Source of the DNA: an uncultured Aequorivita sp.
GTDB lineage: Bacteria; Bacteroidota; Bacteroidia; Flavobacteriales; Flavobacteriaceae
Assembly: GCA_964431895.1 (NCBI GenBank)
Contig: CAYSLM010000001.1
Location: 792-64,791 of the forward strand
Direction: 5' to 3'
DNA: 64,000 bases
Shown here: positions 8,351 through 18,390 of the stretch, in pieces
Layout of the letters: the number at the start of each line of letters is the position of its first letter
How positions within the stretch are numbered: the stretch's first letter is position 1
Made by a program: the position numbers and the translations under genes
The notes under the pieces: model-generated
What the model was told of the DNA's origin: nothing
Database searches by the model: none
What the model saw: the letters and a program-made list of their open reading frames with translations, nothing else

Positions 8351-10234
8351 TCATAAGAAGAAATTCCAAACCAACCCAAACCGCAGCACATTATCGCGAT
8401 AGGGATAGCCCGGAGCCGAGAAGTAATCATTTTTACTGCCAAAGAGGGCGGTGAAATTTTCGTAAATAAAGAAAATACGCGTCTGCCGAATTTTCGCATT
8501 AAAGAAAATGTCCACCAACGGAAAACCGCCCAATTCCTGCTCGTTCTGCACATAAAACTCCGCCAACACTGGGTCGTAAGCATCCATATTGTATTTGGTA
8601 AAATACTTAAAGCCAACGCCCATTTGTAAAAACAACGCCCGTTTAAACCAATGGTCCTCAAAATAAAACGTGTTTCTCGTGATGAGTTGTGGTACGTTAA
8701 AAACCGTTTCGCCACTTAACAGCTGCTGGTACATCACGGTATTTTCCAATCCGAAATGCCCATATTTGAATTCTTTTTCAACCTTAACTTTTAAATAATT
8801 GACCCGTTCCGAAGCCTGCAATGGCAAAGGCGTGCTGTCGTTTTCCTTTATTCCGAAGTAGGCGTAATCGTCAATTCCTGTGTAGCTTACAGACGCCTTT
8901 CCAAATTTTCGGGTATTTATCTGAAATTTAAGTTCCTGTGTCTTGACGTTGTCGAGCTCGGTCTTCCAGTTGTAGTTTTTGTAATCGCTCTGGTACAGCA
9001 AAAAGTTGAAGTTCGGTGCCACCGAATGCACGGTTATGGAAGCTTCCGCATTATAATCTTCATTCAAATCATACGAGGCTGCCCCCTGCAGATAATTGCC
9101 GTCAAAATCGCCGGCCACGTTTATGGCGCCTTTTCCGCTTAGTTTAAACCCGCGGTATTCCTTTTCATAAGCCGCGCCCGCTTCGATAATATTCCCTTTG
9201 ATCCTATTGGGAATGCGTTGTGAATCGAGTATCAAGACAGAATTGTAGCCATAATTAAAAGTGTTGTATCCGGCCCAGGCAATTATTTTTCCCAGCAGGG
9301 AATTGTCAAAATCGGCATAGGCCTTTACGTTGAAATCGTCCAAAGTGGTCTTGGTCTCCAGCTGTGTGGCGTTGTAGGCAGGGCCAAAGCCGGCAAAGGC
9401 CTTCCCTTGGTTATAACGATAAAATTTATTCTCAAAACTTACGGCATTGCCAAGGGTAAGCACTGAATAAGCGGTACTATCGCGGCGGCTTAGCAGTTCG
9501 TAATAATGGTCGCCGTAAAAGCGGAGCCCTTCCAACTTGTTTTCGGCATCTTCAAATTTCACGTCCAACCGGCCCCGATCGCGGAATTCGGGATCATCGG
9601 TCACAAAAAGCCGGAGGGAATTGGCCGTAAGCCCTCCGTTTTCCTGGTTATAGATATCCTGTGCCGCCACGTGGGCGCGGGCCACATAGCGCTTGCTTTT
9701 GGTGTGGTAGTTGGCCGTAAACAGGAAATTGCCGGTGCTGGTCAAGATATGTTGATATTTTCCCAACGAACGCACACCCTTATAGCCAATGGAAAAATTG
9801 AACTGGGGCGAGGTGTTTACCGTAAAAAAAGCATCGAGCTGCTGGCCTTGCTCGTAAGCCGTCTTAAAGTATAGTTCAGTCAATGGCGTGGGCACGTTAA
9901 AATAATTTACATCACCAATTTCCTTATAATTGAAATGGTGCGATTGGGCGGCAAAAAGCGGCTTTAAATTCAGCCTGTCAAAAGTATATGCCAACGAATT
10001 GTAGGTTTGCCCTACGTTGGAAAACTGAAGCAGCTCAAACGGGTCGCGCCTCAAATAGTTGAATTTGTACATTTTCTGAATGGAAAGCGTAGTATCAACA
10101 TAAGTAGTGTCACGCTCTGCCGAAATTATCTTGTAATAATCAATGGGCGGCTTTTCCCTTTTTGCATTGGAAACTTGCGAAAACACAGTTGCCGTGGTAC
10201 AAATAACGAGAAGGAGCAAAAGTGTTTTTTTCAT
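8351..10234 (-). CDS. Putative outer-membrane porin (Bacteroidota beta-barrel)
   Basis: Signal peptide, amphipathic beta strands, C-terminal RFGLVWNFFL. Confidence 0.8.
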   Translation of the reverse strand: MKKTLLLLLVICTTATVFSQVSNAKREKPPIDYYKIISAERDTTYVDTTLSIQKMYKFNYLRRDPFELLQFSNVGQTYNSLAYTFDRLNLKPLFAAQSHHFNYKEIGDVNYFNVPTPLTELYFKTAYEQGQQLDAFFTVNTSPQFNFSIGYKGVRSLGKYQHILTSTGNFLFTANYHTKSKRYVARAHVAAQDIYNQENGGLTANSLRLFVTDDPEFRDRGRLDVKFEDAENKLEGLRFYGDHYYELLSRRDSTAYSVLTLGNAVSFENKFYRYNQGKAFAGFGPAYNATQLETKTTLDDFNVKAYADFDNSLLGKIIAWAGYNTFNYGYNSVLILDSQRIPNRIKGNIIEAGAAYEKEYRGFKLSGKGAINVAGDFDGNYLQGAASYDLNEDYNAEASITVHSVAPNFNFLLYQSDYKNYNWKTELDNVKTQELKFQINTRKFGKASVSYTGIDDYAYFGIKENDSTPLPLQASERVNYLKVKVEKEFKYGHFGLENTVMYQQLLSGETVFNVPQLITRNTFYFEDHWFKRALFLQMGVGFKYFTKYNMDAYDPVLAEFYVQNEQELGGFPLVDIFFNAKIRQTRIFFIYENFTALFGSKNDYFSAPGYPYRDNVLRFGLVWNFFL

Positions 10235-10255
10235 TCTTTACAGCATGCTTTCGGG

Positions 10256-10263
10256 CAAAGGTA
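10256..10263 (-). promoter_or_regulatory. -7 promoter element TACCTTTG for the porin
   Basis: TAnnTTTG about 21 nt upstream of the ATG. Confidence 0.6.
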
Positions 10264-10307
10264 ATTTATTTTTGTTTTAATTGGGATGAAGGAAAATGGT
10301 AGATGGC

Positions 10308-10380
10308 AAAATCCAAACCCGCCCGCGGGGCGGGCAGGTTTTGTGGAAAATCCAAAAATGGAAATCCAAAATTCAAAATA
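10308..10380. repeat. 7-bp array with GC palindrome, related to 6908-7039
   Basis: aaaatcc aaa cccgccc-gcg-gggcggg caggttt ... aaaatcc aaaaatg gaaatcc aaaattc. Confidence 0.65.
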
Positions 10381-10457
10381 AGGCCATTCAATTTCCCGGG
10401 AAATTTGACGTTACTTTTTTTGAAGATGGTTTAATTTTTTTGGAATTTTGAGGCCTT

Positions 10458-11060
10458 ATGCTGAAGCTTAAAATCAACAAACATTTGCTGGAATGTGGCA
10501 CCGACGAGGCAGGCCGCGGCTGCTTGGCCGGGCCCGTAACGGCAGCCGCAGTACTTTTGCCCGATGATTTTAGGCATCCTTTTTTGAACGACAGCAAGCA
10601 AATTCCGGAAAAAAAACGTAGGGAGCTTCGCACCATTATTGAGCAGGAGGCCATCTGCTATAAGGTGGTACACGTAATGATGGACGAGATTGACAGGATA
10701 AATATCCTCAATGCTTCCATTTTGGCTATGCACCGCGCCATTGCAGGGCTGTCAAGCACCCCCCAATTTATTGCCGTGGACGGAAACCGGTTTAAACCCT
10801 TTAAAAAAACACCGTTTGAATGTGTGGTAAAGGGCGATGGTAAATTCCTGCACATTGCCGCTGCCTCCATCCTGGCAAAAACCTACCGCGACGAGTTTAT
10901 GGCAGGATTGCACCGCCACTATCCCCAATACAACTGGAAACAGAACAAGGGTTACCCTACCGCAGAGCACCGTTTGGCCATCCGCAACCACGGCACTACC
11001 ATTTTTCACCGGAAGAGTTTCAGGCTGCTTCCCGAACCAATTTCGCTCGATTTTTGTTGA
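10458..11060 (+). CDS. rnhB: Ribonuclease HII
   Basis: [37 protein letters not shown]. Confidence 0.97.
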   Translation: MLKLKINKHLLECGTDEAGRGCLAGPVTAAAVLLPDDFRHPFLNDSKQIPEKKRRELRTIIEQEAICYKVVHVMMDEIDRINILNASILAMHRAIAGLSSTPQFIAVDGNRFKPFKKTPFECVVKGDGKFLHIAAASILAKTYRDEFMAGLHRHYPQYNWKQNKGYPTAEHRLAIRNHGTTIFHRKSFRLLPEPISLDFC

Positions 11061-11179
11061 TTTTATGATATTTTGTATGTCCGTCTTTCTTTTTTAAGAA
11101 ATTGCAAAAAATTTGACTACTGTTGAAAACCCGTCAATAAACTATTTGCCCACCCCGCCCAAGCATCGGTTATACTTGC

Positions 11180-11187
11180 TATTTTTG
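11180..11187 (+). promoter_or_regulatory. -7 element TATTTTTG immediately before the ATG (near-leaderless)
   Basis: TAnnTTTG ends 4 nt before ATG 11192. Confidence 0.5.
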
Positions 11188-11191
11188 TGTT

Positions 11192-13642
11192 ATGCGAAAA
11201 TTCCTGCGAAATACAGCGGCCTGCACCCTGCTTGTTATCACCTCCATTTTTGTGGGCTGTGAACCCAAGCCGAAGAAAACCGGGACACTGATGGATTACG
11301 TGCCCGAGAATCCTCGCGTGGTACTTAAAATATCAGATTTTAATGCTCTCAGAAACAATCTGGCATCAAACTCGCTCTTTCCTGAATTTGATGGCACAGC
11401 GGCGCATTCGTTTTTTGCCGAAAAAAATACCATTTTCAAAAATCTCGACCCCAGCGCGCCAAGCCTGCTATGCATTAACCCGATAAACGATTCGCTCACT
11501 GGCTACACCTTTATCACGCGGCAGACCGAAAACCTTTTTCAATTGGATTCGATAAAGGATAAAACCGTGGAAACCTTACAGCTCGACAAGCAGAGCATCC
11601 AACGCATTACCTTAGGGAAGGAAATTGCCTATTCCGCCGTGATAGACAGTGTTTTTGTTCTTTCGTCTTCCCAACAAATTTTACTGGATGTGGCCAACGG
11701 CCAAACGGAAAGGGATACCACTTTCAAAAAGGTATTTACCCTTCCCACCGCTGGTGAATTTTCGGCCATCATTCGTGGCAGGAACCTGTACATGAACGAT
11801 TCTACCCAAATAAACTTTACCACTTGGAGCGCCCTCGATGTAAAAATAGCGCCAGAGTCGCTCACCGCTACGGGTATCAGTCTGGCAACCGACAGCATTC
11901 CGCAGCTGCTGAACGTATTTGAAGGGCAGGTGCCCCAACAAAACGCCGCCCCGGCCATTATTCCCGCAAGTGCAAAAGGCGGGTTGAGCCTTACCTTTAA
12001 CGACGCCGAGAAACTCCAAAACAAGCTCCGTGGCTTCCGGAGGCAGAAACCAGCGGCACCTCCAACGGGAATTTTCGGATCTGCAAGCGAAATAGGCGAA
12101 ATACAGATGGAAACCGACACTGTCTTTTTCCTAAAAAGCATAGATGCCCAAATGACCCAAGATGCCCTGGCACCTTTTGTGACCCGGGAAAACCGCTTTC
12201 GGGAGGTGGAAATAAGCCGTTTTAGCAAGCCCGAACTGTTCAAAAATACCTTTGCGCCATTAATCAATTCCGGCAAGGCGGAATATGTTTTCCAACTCGA
12301 GAATTTCTTCGTCTTTGCTCCAACCGAAGCTAGTGCCCAACAGCTCATCAGCGATTTCCAAAACAATAAAACACTGGCCAATACGGCTTTTTATGAAAAT
12401 TCAACCCAGGACCTTAGTACGGCGTCTTCCCTCGTGGTTTACGGAATGAACGGGAACTTCCCCAGTTTTTTGGCAGGTTTTTTCCCAAAAAACACCCAAC
12501 GGGAAGTACAGGATGTTCGGTTGGAGAATTATCCTTTAATTGCGCTTCAGTTTAGCTTTGACCGCAACTTCGCCCACGTCAATTTCAGTTGTAGGGAAGC
12601 CGGCGCCGCCGCGAGAGATGTGGCCGGGGAGGTTTCGGAACGCTTTAGCCTTAAGCTGGACAATGCCTTGATGGGCAATCCCCAACTGGTGGAAAACAGT
12701 GAGGGCCAGGGAAGCTATATAACCGTGCAGGATATTGCCAACAAACTCTATTTTATTTCGCAGAACGGCAAGATACTTTGGACCAAAACCTTGGACTCCC
12801 CCATTTTGGGAACCGTTCAGCACATTGAGATTTCCGGAAACGGCCACTTGGCTTTTGTTACGGCAAAGGGGCTTCATATTTTAGACTATCATGGCAGGTA
12901 CGCCAAGGGTTTCCCAATAAAATTCAGGGACGAGGTAACCCAGCCGCTTTCCGTTTTTGATTACGACAATAATCACAATTACCGTTTGGTGGTGGTACAG
13001 GATAAGGAGGTGCTTATGTACGACAAGTTTGGGAAAACGGTAAAAGGCTTCGGCTTCAAAAAAACCAAGAGCTCCATTGTACAGCCGCCCGTTCATATAC
13101 GCATGGGCAATAAAGATTATATAGTGATCGCCGAGGAAAACGGGAAACTCAATATTTTAAGCCGTGTGGGAAAACCACGGGTGACCGTAGGCAAATCTTT
13201 CCATTTTTCTGAGGTCCCCATTGTTGATGAAGATGGGACTTTTGTGATAATAACCACGGAAAACACCAAGGAGCGCATAGACCAAAACGGCAAGGTGACC
13301 TCTCAAAAACTGGAGGTAGGTGCAAATTACTGGTTTGCCATCAACGGCGGCACCAAGGCCACCCTAGACGGCAACCTATTGCGGATAGACGGTAAAATGG
13401 CCAGCCTGCCATTGGGCATTTATAGCAAGCCGAGGATTTTTAAAATACATAGAAAAACCTATATCACCTTGACCGAAACCCAGGAAAAGAAGGTATATGT
13501 CTTTGATACCAATGCCCAACTTCTCGCTGGGTTTCCTATTTATGGTAGCAGTGAAGCCTCAATTGCACCCGCTAGCGGAAACAATGTTATTAACCTTTCA
13601 ACCAAGGGCGATAGCCACAGCGTGATATTATATTCCTTTTAA
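11192..13642 (+). CDS. Large lipoprotein of unknown function (DUF3352-like N-terminus, beta-propeller-like C-terminus)
   Basis: Lipobox FVGC; C-terminal repeats such as NGKILWT, GFPIKF, FDYDNNHNY, GFPIYG. Confidence 0.7.
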   Translation: MRKFLRNTAACTLLVITSIFVGCEPKPKKTGTLMDYVPENPRVVLKISDFNALRNNLASNSLFPEFDGTAAHSFFAEKNTIFKNLDPSAPSLLCINPINDSLTGYTFITRQTENLFQLDSIKDKTVETLQLDKQSIQRITLGKEIAYSAVIDSVFVLSSSQQILLDVANGQTERDTTFKKVFTLPTAGEFSAIIRGRNLYMNDSTQINFTTWSALDVKIAPESLTATGISLATDSIPQLLNVFEGQVPQQNAAPAIIPASAKGGLSLTFNDAEKLQNKLRGFRRQKPAAPPTGIFGSASEIGEIQMETDTVFFLKSIDAQMTQDALAPFVTRENRFREVEISRFSKPELFKNTFAPLINSGKAEYVFQLENFFVFAPTEASAQQLISDFQNNKTLANTAFYENSTQDLSTASSLVVYGMNGNFPSFLAGFFPKNTQREVQDVRLENYPLIALQFSFDRNFAHVNFSCREAGAAARDVAGEVSERFSLKLDNALMGNPQLVENSEGQGSYITVQDIANKLYFISQNGKILWTKTLDSPILGTVQHIEISGNGHLAFVTAKGLHILDYHGRYAKGFPIKFRDEVTQPLSVFDYDNNHNYRLVVVQDKEVLMYDKFGKTVKGFGFKKTKSSIVQPPVHIRMGNKDYIVIAEENGKLNILSRVGKPRVTVGKSFHFSEVPIVDEDGTFVIITTENTKERIDQNGKVTSQKLEVGANYWFAINGGTKATLDGNLLRIDGKMASLPLGIYSKPRIFKIHRKTYITLTETQEKKVYVFDTNAQLLAGFPIYGSSEASIAPASGNNVINLSTKGDSHSVILYSF

Positions 13643-13758
13643 AATTGACCTTCGGAATACCAACTTGCTGTATTTTAACAACTTCTGCTTCAAAAAATAA
13701 AAGAGGAACGCCATAATTTCCCTACATTGTAGTGTCAATTTCATTTCTCCTCTTAATA

Positions 13759-16545
13759 GTGAAAAGAACGCTATGGCTCCTCCTATTGATTTTTACTGGG
13801 GTTTCGGTACAATCCCAACAGTTCGTCCGTGGGTTACAGCTTCTTGAAAAAGCTGAGGAATACAGTTCGCAAAAAAAATGGGACAGTGCCTATAGCCTGG
13901 CTTCCCGGGGCCTTGCCCTTTTTAGGGCCCAACGCAACGATTCCCTCATCGCAAAAAGTGCCATTAGCCTACTATATATTACCAACTTCACAAACGCCGA
14001 AAAGCAGGACTACTATTATCAATTGGCAAAGCAAAAGGCTAAAAAACTCAACAATCCAAGACTTTTGGCAGAAGTGTTTTATACCAAAGGCAAAACCCTG
14101 TATGAGAACAGGGAAATGGGCAGCGCTCAACCTTTTTTTCTAATAGTGGATTCGCTTTCGCGGAAGAAAAATTATGTGGATGAAACGGTGGTGCGCGCCC
14201 TGTTGGCGCGATCTGAAATACAACGCACCACCTTCACGCATGAAGGTGTGGAAGAAGCCCACAAGCTGCAGCTGGAAGCCCTTGAAATGGCCAGGCAAAT
14301 AAAATCTGAGAAACTGACCCATGATATTTACCTGCGGCTTGCCAATATGAAGGGCCTGATTGGAAATTATCCCGAAGCCAAAAAATATGTTGACCTGGCC
14401 TTGGCCTATTACAAACAGCAGAACAACACCGATAAGATGGCCCGCGCATATCTGGTCTATATGAACTATTATTACGCCATTCACCAATATGACGAGGCCG
14501 GCAATATGCTGAAGGAAGGCATTGCATATCTGGAAAAACAAAACAACCCCGAACAATTGGCCAGTTTGCTCACGGCTTATGGCACATTTTTCAGGAAACG
14601 CAAAAACGACTGCCGGAACGCTTTGGTGCAGTTCAAAAAAGCGCAGAAGGTATATGACAGCATACAACTGAACCTTAGCGACCGCTATATTTATCTTATG
14701 GAAGGCATGGCCCTTTGCCACGCCGAGCTGGACGACTATAAAAATGCCTACCTCTTTTACCAAAAAGCATATGAAACCAAACGCGAGTTGGTAAAAAAAG
14801 CCAATAATGAGCTTACCCGCCACCTGGAAACCAAGTTCCAAAACGAGAGAAAGAACCAACAGATAGCATTGCTGGCAGCCCAAAGGCAATTGTCAGTGCA
14901 ACAGCAGAAAAACGAGCCCTTCATTTATCTGGGCAGCTTGCTGCTTTTGGCTACTTTTCTACTCGTTTTGTTTTTCCAATATAAATCGAGGCGAAAAACC
15001 AACAAGCGCCTCGAGGAGCTGAACAAAGCCAAATCAACCTTCTTTGCCAATATATCCCACGAGTTCCGAACCCCATTGACCCTTATAAAAGGACCCTTGG
15101 AAGATTGGCTGGCTCGAGGAAATTTGCCCACTCACGATCGCAGCACCCTAACTCTTGCCCTACAAAGTACGCAAAAGCTGGAAGGGCTGGTTGATCATCT
15201 GCTGTGGTTGTCAAAACTGGAAAGCAATAACCTTTCCCTTCAAGCCCAAGAAAGCAATTTAACCCAATTTGTCATGGGTGTAGCACAGGATTTCCGCGGC
15301 GTTTGTCTTGATAAAAACATTTCCTATAAAATTGAGATGGAAAAGGACGAAATCCTGGACTGGTTTGATAGCCAGATTATAGAGCGCATTCTTGAAAACC
15401 TATTGCAATACAGCGTAATAAACACTCCGGAAAATGGGAATATCCGGTTTGAAGGCCTTCGGGAAACCGACGGATTCAAAATTAAGATAGCATTTACAGG
15501 GAAATATATTTCTGCAAAAGCCCTAACAAAGATTTTTGACAAATATTCCTCAGCCAATAGCGTGCTATCCAATACCGAAATGGGGCTGTCTATGGCCAAA
15601 CAGCTCATAGAACTGCACCACGGCACTATATGGATGACCAGCGCTAAGGATGGTTATACCGAGCTCACACTGAAATTCCCCACCTCCAAACATAATTATT
15701 CCGAAAACGAACTATTTTCGGCCGAAATTGGGGAGGGCAAAAAAGTTATACCCCCTGCGGATTTCAACCGCAACAAATCGCCAGATGCCAGTGATGCCCC
15801 CATCCTGCTCGTTGTGGATGACAATGAGGATATGTGTAGCTATATAAAATCCATTTTTTCAAACATTTGCGAAGTGTTATGTGCCAGCGACGGAAAAGAA
15901 GGATTTGACCTGGCTCTGGAGCAGGTACCAGATATTGTGATAAGCGATGTGATGATGCCCAAGGAAGATGGATTTAGCCTTACCAGAAGGCTGAAACAAC
16001 ACGCGGTAACCTCACATATCCCCATCATTTTGCTCACGGCCAAGAGTGAGGTGACCGCAAAACTGGAAGGTATGGGAATTGGGGCCGACGCCTATGTTAC
16101 CAAGCCTTTCAACCCACCACTGCTACGGGCAACAGCAGCAAATTTAATTGAGACCAGACGAAAGCTGCAACAGCGTTTTGCACAGGAAAACCTACTCACT
16201 CCAAAAGAACTTGCCTTTTCTTGCCAGGATGAAAAATTTCTCGAACAATTACAGAAAACACTCGACCATCACCTCACCGATCCCGATTTTTCTACTGAAG
16301 AATTTGCCATGGCCATGAACCTGAGCCGCATGCAGCTGTACCGAAAACTCAAGGCTTTAACAGGCTATACGGCCACCGAATTTATAAGGACACAACGCCT
16401 TAAGTTGGCGCTCCACACCTTAAAAAACAAAAATTTGACTATATCGGAAGTCGCCTATGCCGTGGGCTTTAACGATCCGTCGTATTTTACAAAATGCTTT
16501 AAGAAGCAATTTGGCAGCGCCCCTTCGGAATATCAAAACCCCTGA
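13759..16545 (+). CDS. Hybrid sensor TPR-TM-HisKA-(degenerate HATPase)-REC-AraC
   Basis: Signal peptide, helical TPR-like repeats, TM, FFANISHEFRTPLTLI, VVDDNED/ISDVMMP/TKPF receiver, AraC HTH (VAYAVGFNDPSYFTKCFKKQFG). Start is GTG 13759 or 13732. Confidence 0.9.
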   Translation: MKRTLWLLLLIFTGVSVQSQQFVRGLQLLEKAEEYSSQKKWDSAYSLASRGLALFRAQRNDSLIAKSAISLLYITNFTNAEKQDYYYQLAKQKAKKLNNPRLLAEVFYTKGKTLYENREMGSAQPFFLIVDSLSRKKNYVDETVVRALLARSEIQRTTFTHEGVEEAHKLQLEALEMARQIKSEKLTHDIYLRLANMKGLIGNYPEAKKYVDLALAYYKQQNNTDKMARAYLVYMNYYYAIHQYDEAGNMLKEGIAYLEKQNNPEQLASLLTAYGTFFRKRKNDCRNALVQFKKAQKVYDSIQLNLSDRYIYLMEGMALCHAELDDYKNAYLFYQKAYETKRELVKKANNELTRHLETKFQNERKNQQIALLAAQRQLSVQQQKNEPFIYLGSLLLLATFLLVLFFQYKSRRKTNKRLEELNKAKSTFFANISHEFRTPLTLIKGPLEDWLARGNLPTHDRSTLTLALQSTQKLEGLVDHLLWLSKLESNNLSLQAQESNLTQFVMGVAQDFRGVCLDKNISYKIEMEKDEILDWFDSQIIERILENLLQYSVINTPENGNIRFEGLRETDGFKIKIAFTGKYISAKALTKIFDKYSSANSVLSNTEMGLSMAKQLIELHHGTIWMTSAKDGYTELTLKFPTSKHNYSENELFSAEIGEGKKVIPPADFNRNKSPDASDAPILLVVDDNEDMCSYIKSIFSNICEVLCASDGKEGFDLALEQVPDIVISDVMMPKEDGFSLTRRLKQHAVTSHIPIILLTAKSEVTAKLEGMGIGADAYVTKPFNPPLLRATAANLIETRRKLQQRFAQENLLTPKELAFSCQDEKFLEQLQKTLDHHLTDPDFSTEEFAMAMNLSRMQLYRKLKALTGYTATEFIRTQRLKLALHTLKNKNLTISEVAYAVGFNDPSYFTKCFKKQFGSAPSEYQNP

Positions 16546-16621
16546 TTTTGTACTAAACAAGTTTCCAAATAGAAAATAATGATACTGAATTTTGAATACC
16601 CCATCACAATCCAATTACCTT

Positions 16622-16655
16622 AAAAAAACCGCCAAAATTTTTGGCGGTTTTTTTT
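16622..16655. terminator. Bidirectional intrinsic terminator
   Basis: aaaaaaaccgccaa-aattt-ttggcggtttttttt between convergent genes. Confidence 0.9.
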
Positions 16656-16676
16656 AAATATTGGGGATAGGAAGAA

Positions 16677-18332
16677 TCACTCATCCTTGGAAAGGGTGGA
16701 GAATGTTGATGGTGTCATTTTTTGGGGAGCAATTTGGTGGGCAATACCGGGTTTTAGCTCCATGGGTCCGGGAGCATCGGGAAACCTAAGGCTGGCATAT
16801 ACCGATCCCTCACTCCCATTGCGGCCCACATCGTCCTTGCGGTTGCCTACAATATGCCAAGAAAAGGGTACATTGGCGCGGCCGTTTTGCAATTCCCTTA
16901 CGGTAAAACCATTGGCCGATTTATTGGTGACATACACCCCATTGCAATCACCTTCCAACTGGATAAATACTTTTAAGGGCCGTGCAGGGTTCACATCAAT
17001 ATTTCTTGCAAAAATTGGATCAATGGTTATGGCGGCCGTACCGTTTACCAAGCGGCCAGTACCGTAATCTTCCAACAGCACTTCCGGGGCCTCTGGGGCA
17101 AACATGATTTTTTTGGAATCGTTTCCGGTAGCTCCCTCCACGATGGTTGAAACCGCGCCATTGCCAACGATTTTGTAATTGGTAGATCCCACCCGGGCTC
17201 CAGCATAGGCATAGGAGGCATTACTTCCGTTTCCGCCACCACTATAGAAGTACCCACCGTAATAAGTGCGACCGCTCACATTTCCGCTTGGTGTGTTTAT
17301 GGTAATATTACCAGCATAACCGGCTAATTTTGCTATGGGATCACGACCGTCAGCATCAATTACGCTGCCGGAATAATTGGTGTGGAACATTGCACTCTCC
17401 AATCTGTTAAGCCCCCCATCATCAATCGGGCCCTCGGTCATGGAGTACAGTCCCAACTGTTTTGAGTTGGTATTAACCCCCACATTGGTATAGGCTGAGT
17501 TGGATATTGATGTGGTTCCGCCGCTAATGGCCCTTATGGCCACACTTAATTGACTGGTAGCTTCATTAACAGTGGCAGCAATCATGCCATTGGCATTGTT
17601 GGCACCAGAACCGATTCCTACGCTGCCAGCGGTTAGGAAGCTACCTCCTGTATATCCCGTAACCCCCAAGACCCCGTAGTTTTGGACGGCATTGCCATAT
17701 ACACCAACTCCGGTGCCATTGTTTTGTCCCGAAACCGCATCACCATCACCAGCTTGTTGGCCAAGGATGGCCGACCCCGAACTGCCGTTGGAGTTTACCA
17801 AAAGCCCATAATCCAAATTATCACTTTCAATATTCAGTTTTACGTTGCCATAGGGCGCGTTATTGATCCCCGCGTTGCCCGTTGCCGCGAACCGCATTCG
17901 CTCTGCATTATTGGTTCTGAAAACGAGATCCTGCGCGTCAATGGTTCCCAAGAAATTGGTTGAAGGATTGGTGCCGTAATTGCCCAGGAGCGACCAATCT
18001 TTGCCATTGGTGCCATCCATAGCATACCAACGGCTCCCCGCCCAGTAGTAATAGCCGGGAGTTACCCGCGTAGCCCCCGATCCGGAAGTGGCCGTATTAT
18101 AAACCAGCAGGCTTGTCAAAGGAGCCGGAGTTACCGGAGCACTAAGGTTGGTAGCCGTAAGCGCCACCCTCGGAATCAAAAGGCCTTTAGAGCCTGTACT
18201 ATCGTCAATATCGAGTAAAGCGGAACCATGAGGTGTGGTGGTGCCGATACCCACTTGGGCGTGTAAGTTAAATAGCGATAGTAGAAAAAAGGCACAAATA
18301 GGTGCCCATTTAAGGTGTAGGTATTTTTTCAT
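16677..18332 (-). CDS. Secreted Gly/Asn/Thr-rich fibre-like protein with a phage-tail-type C-terminal domain
   Basis: Signal peptide then QVGIGTTTP..ALLDI..KGLLIPRV; WSLLGN..FLGT..LVFRTNNAERMRF; C-terminal APEAPEVLLEDYGTG.L.NG...IDP.F. Confidence 0.7.
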   Translation of the reverse strand: MKKYLHLKWAPICAFFLLSLFNLHAQVGIGTTTPHGSALLDIDDSTGSKGLLIPRVALTATNLSAPVTPAPLTSLLVYNTATSGSGATRVTPGYYYWAGSRWYAMDGTNGKDWSLLGNYGTNPSTNFLGTIDAQDLVFRTNNAERMRFAATGNAGINNAPYGNVKLNIESDNLDYGLLVNSNGSSGSAILGQQAGDGDAVSGQNNGTGVGVYGNAVQNYGVLGVTGYTGGSFLTAGSVGIGSGANNANGMIAATVNEATSQLSVAIRAISGGTTSISNSAYTNVGVNTNSKQLGLYSMTEGPIDDGGLNRLESAMFHTNYSGSVIDADGRDPIAKLAGYAGNITINTPSGNVSGRTYYGGYFYSGGGNGSNASYAYAGARVGSTNYKIVGNGAVSTIVEGATGNDSKKIMFAPEAPEVLLEDYGTGRLVNGTAAITIDPIFARNIDVNPARPLKVFIQLEGDCNGVYVTNKSANGFTVRELQNGRANVPFSWHIVGNRKDDVGRNGSEGSVYASLRFPDAPGPMELKPGIAHQIAPQKMTPSTFSTLSKDE

Positions 18333-18390
18333 AATTTGGGGCTATTGAAAATATGGTACAATTATAATAAATAAATTGGAGAATTTGCTA

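Noticed and set aside
16677-18332. Prophage remnant
   Set aside because: It has a Sec signal peptide and there are no other phage genes nearby.
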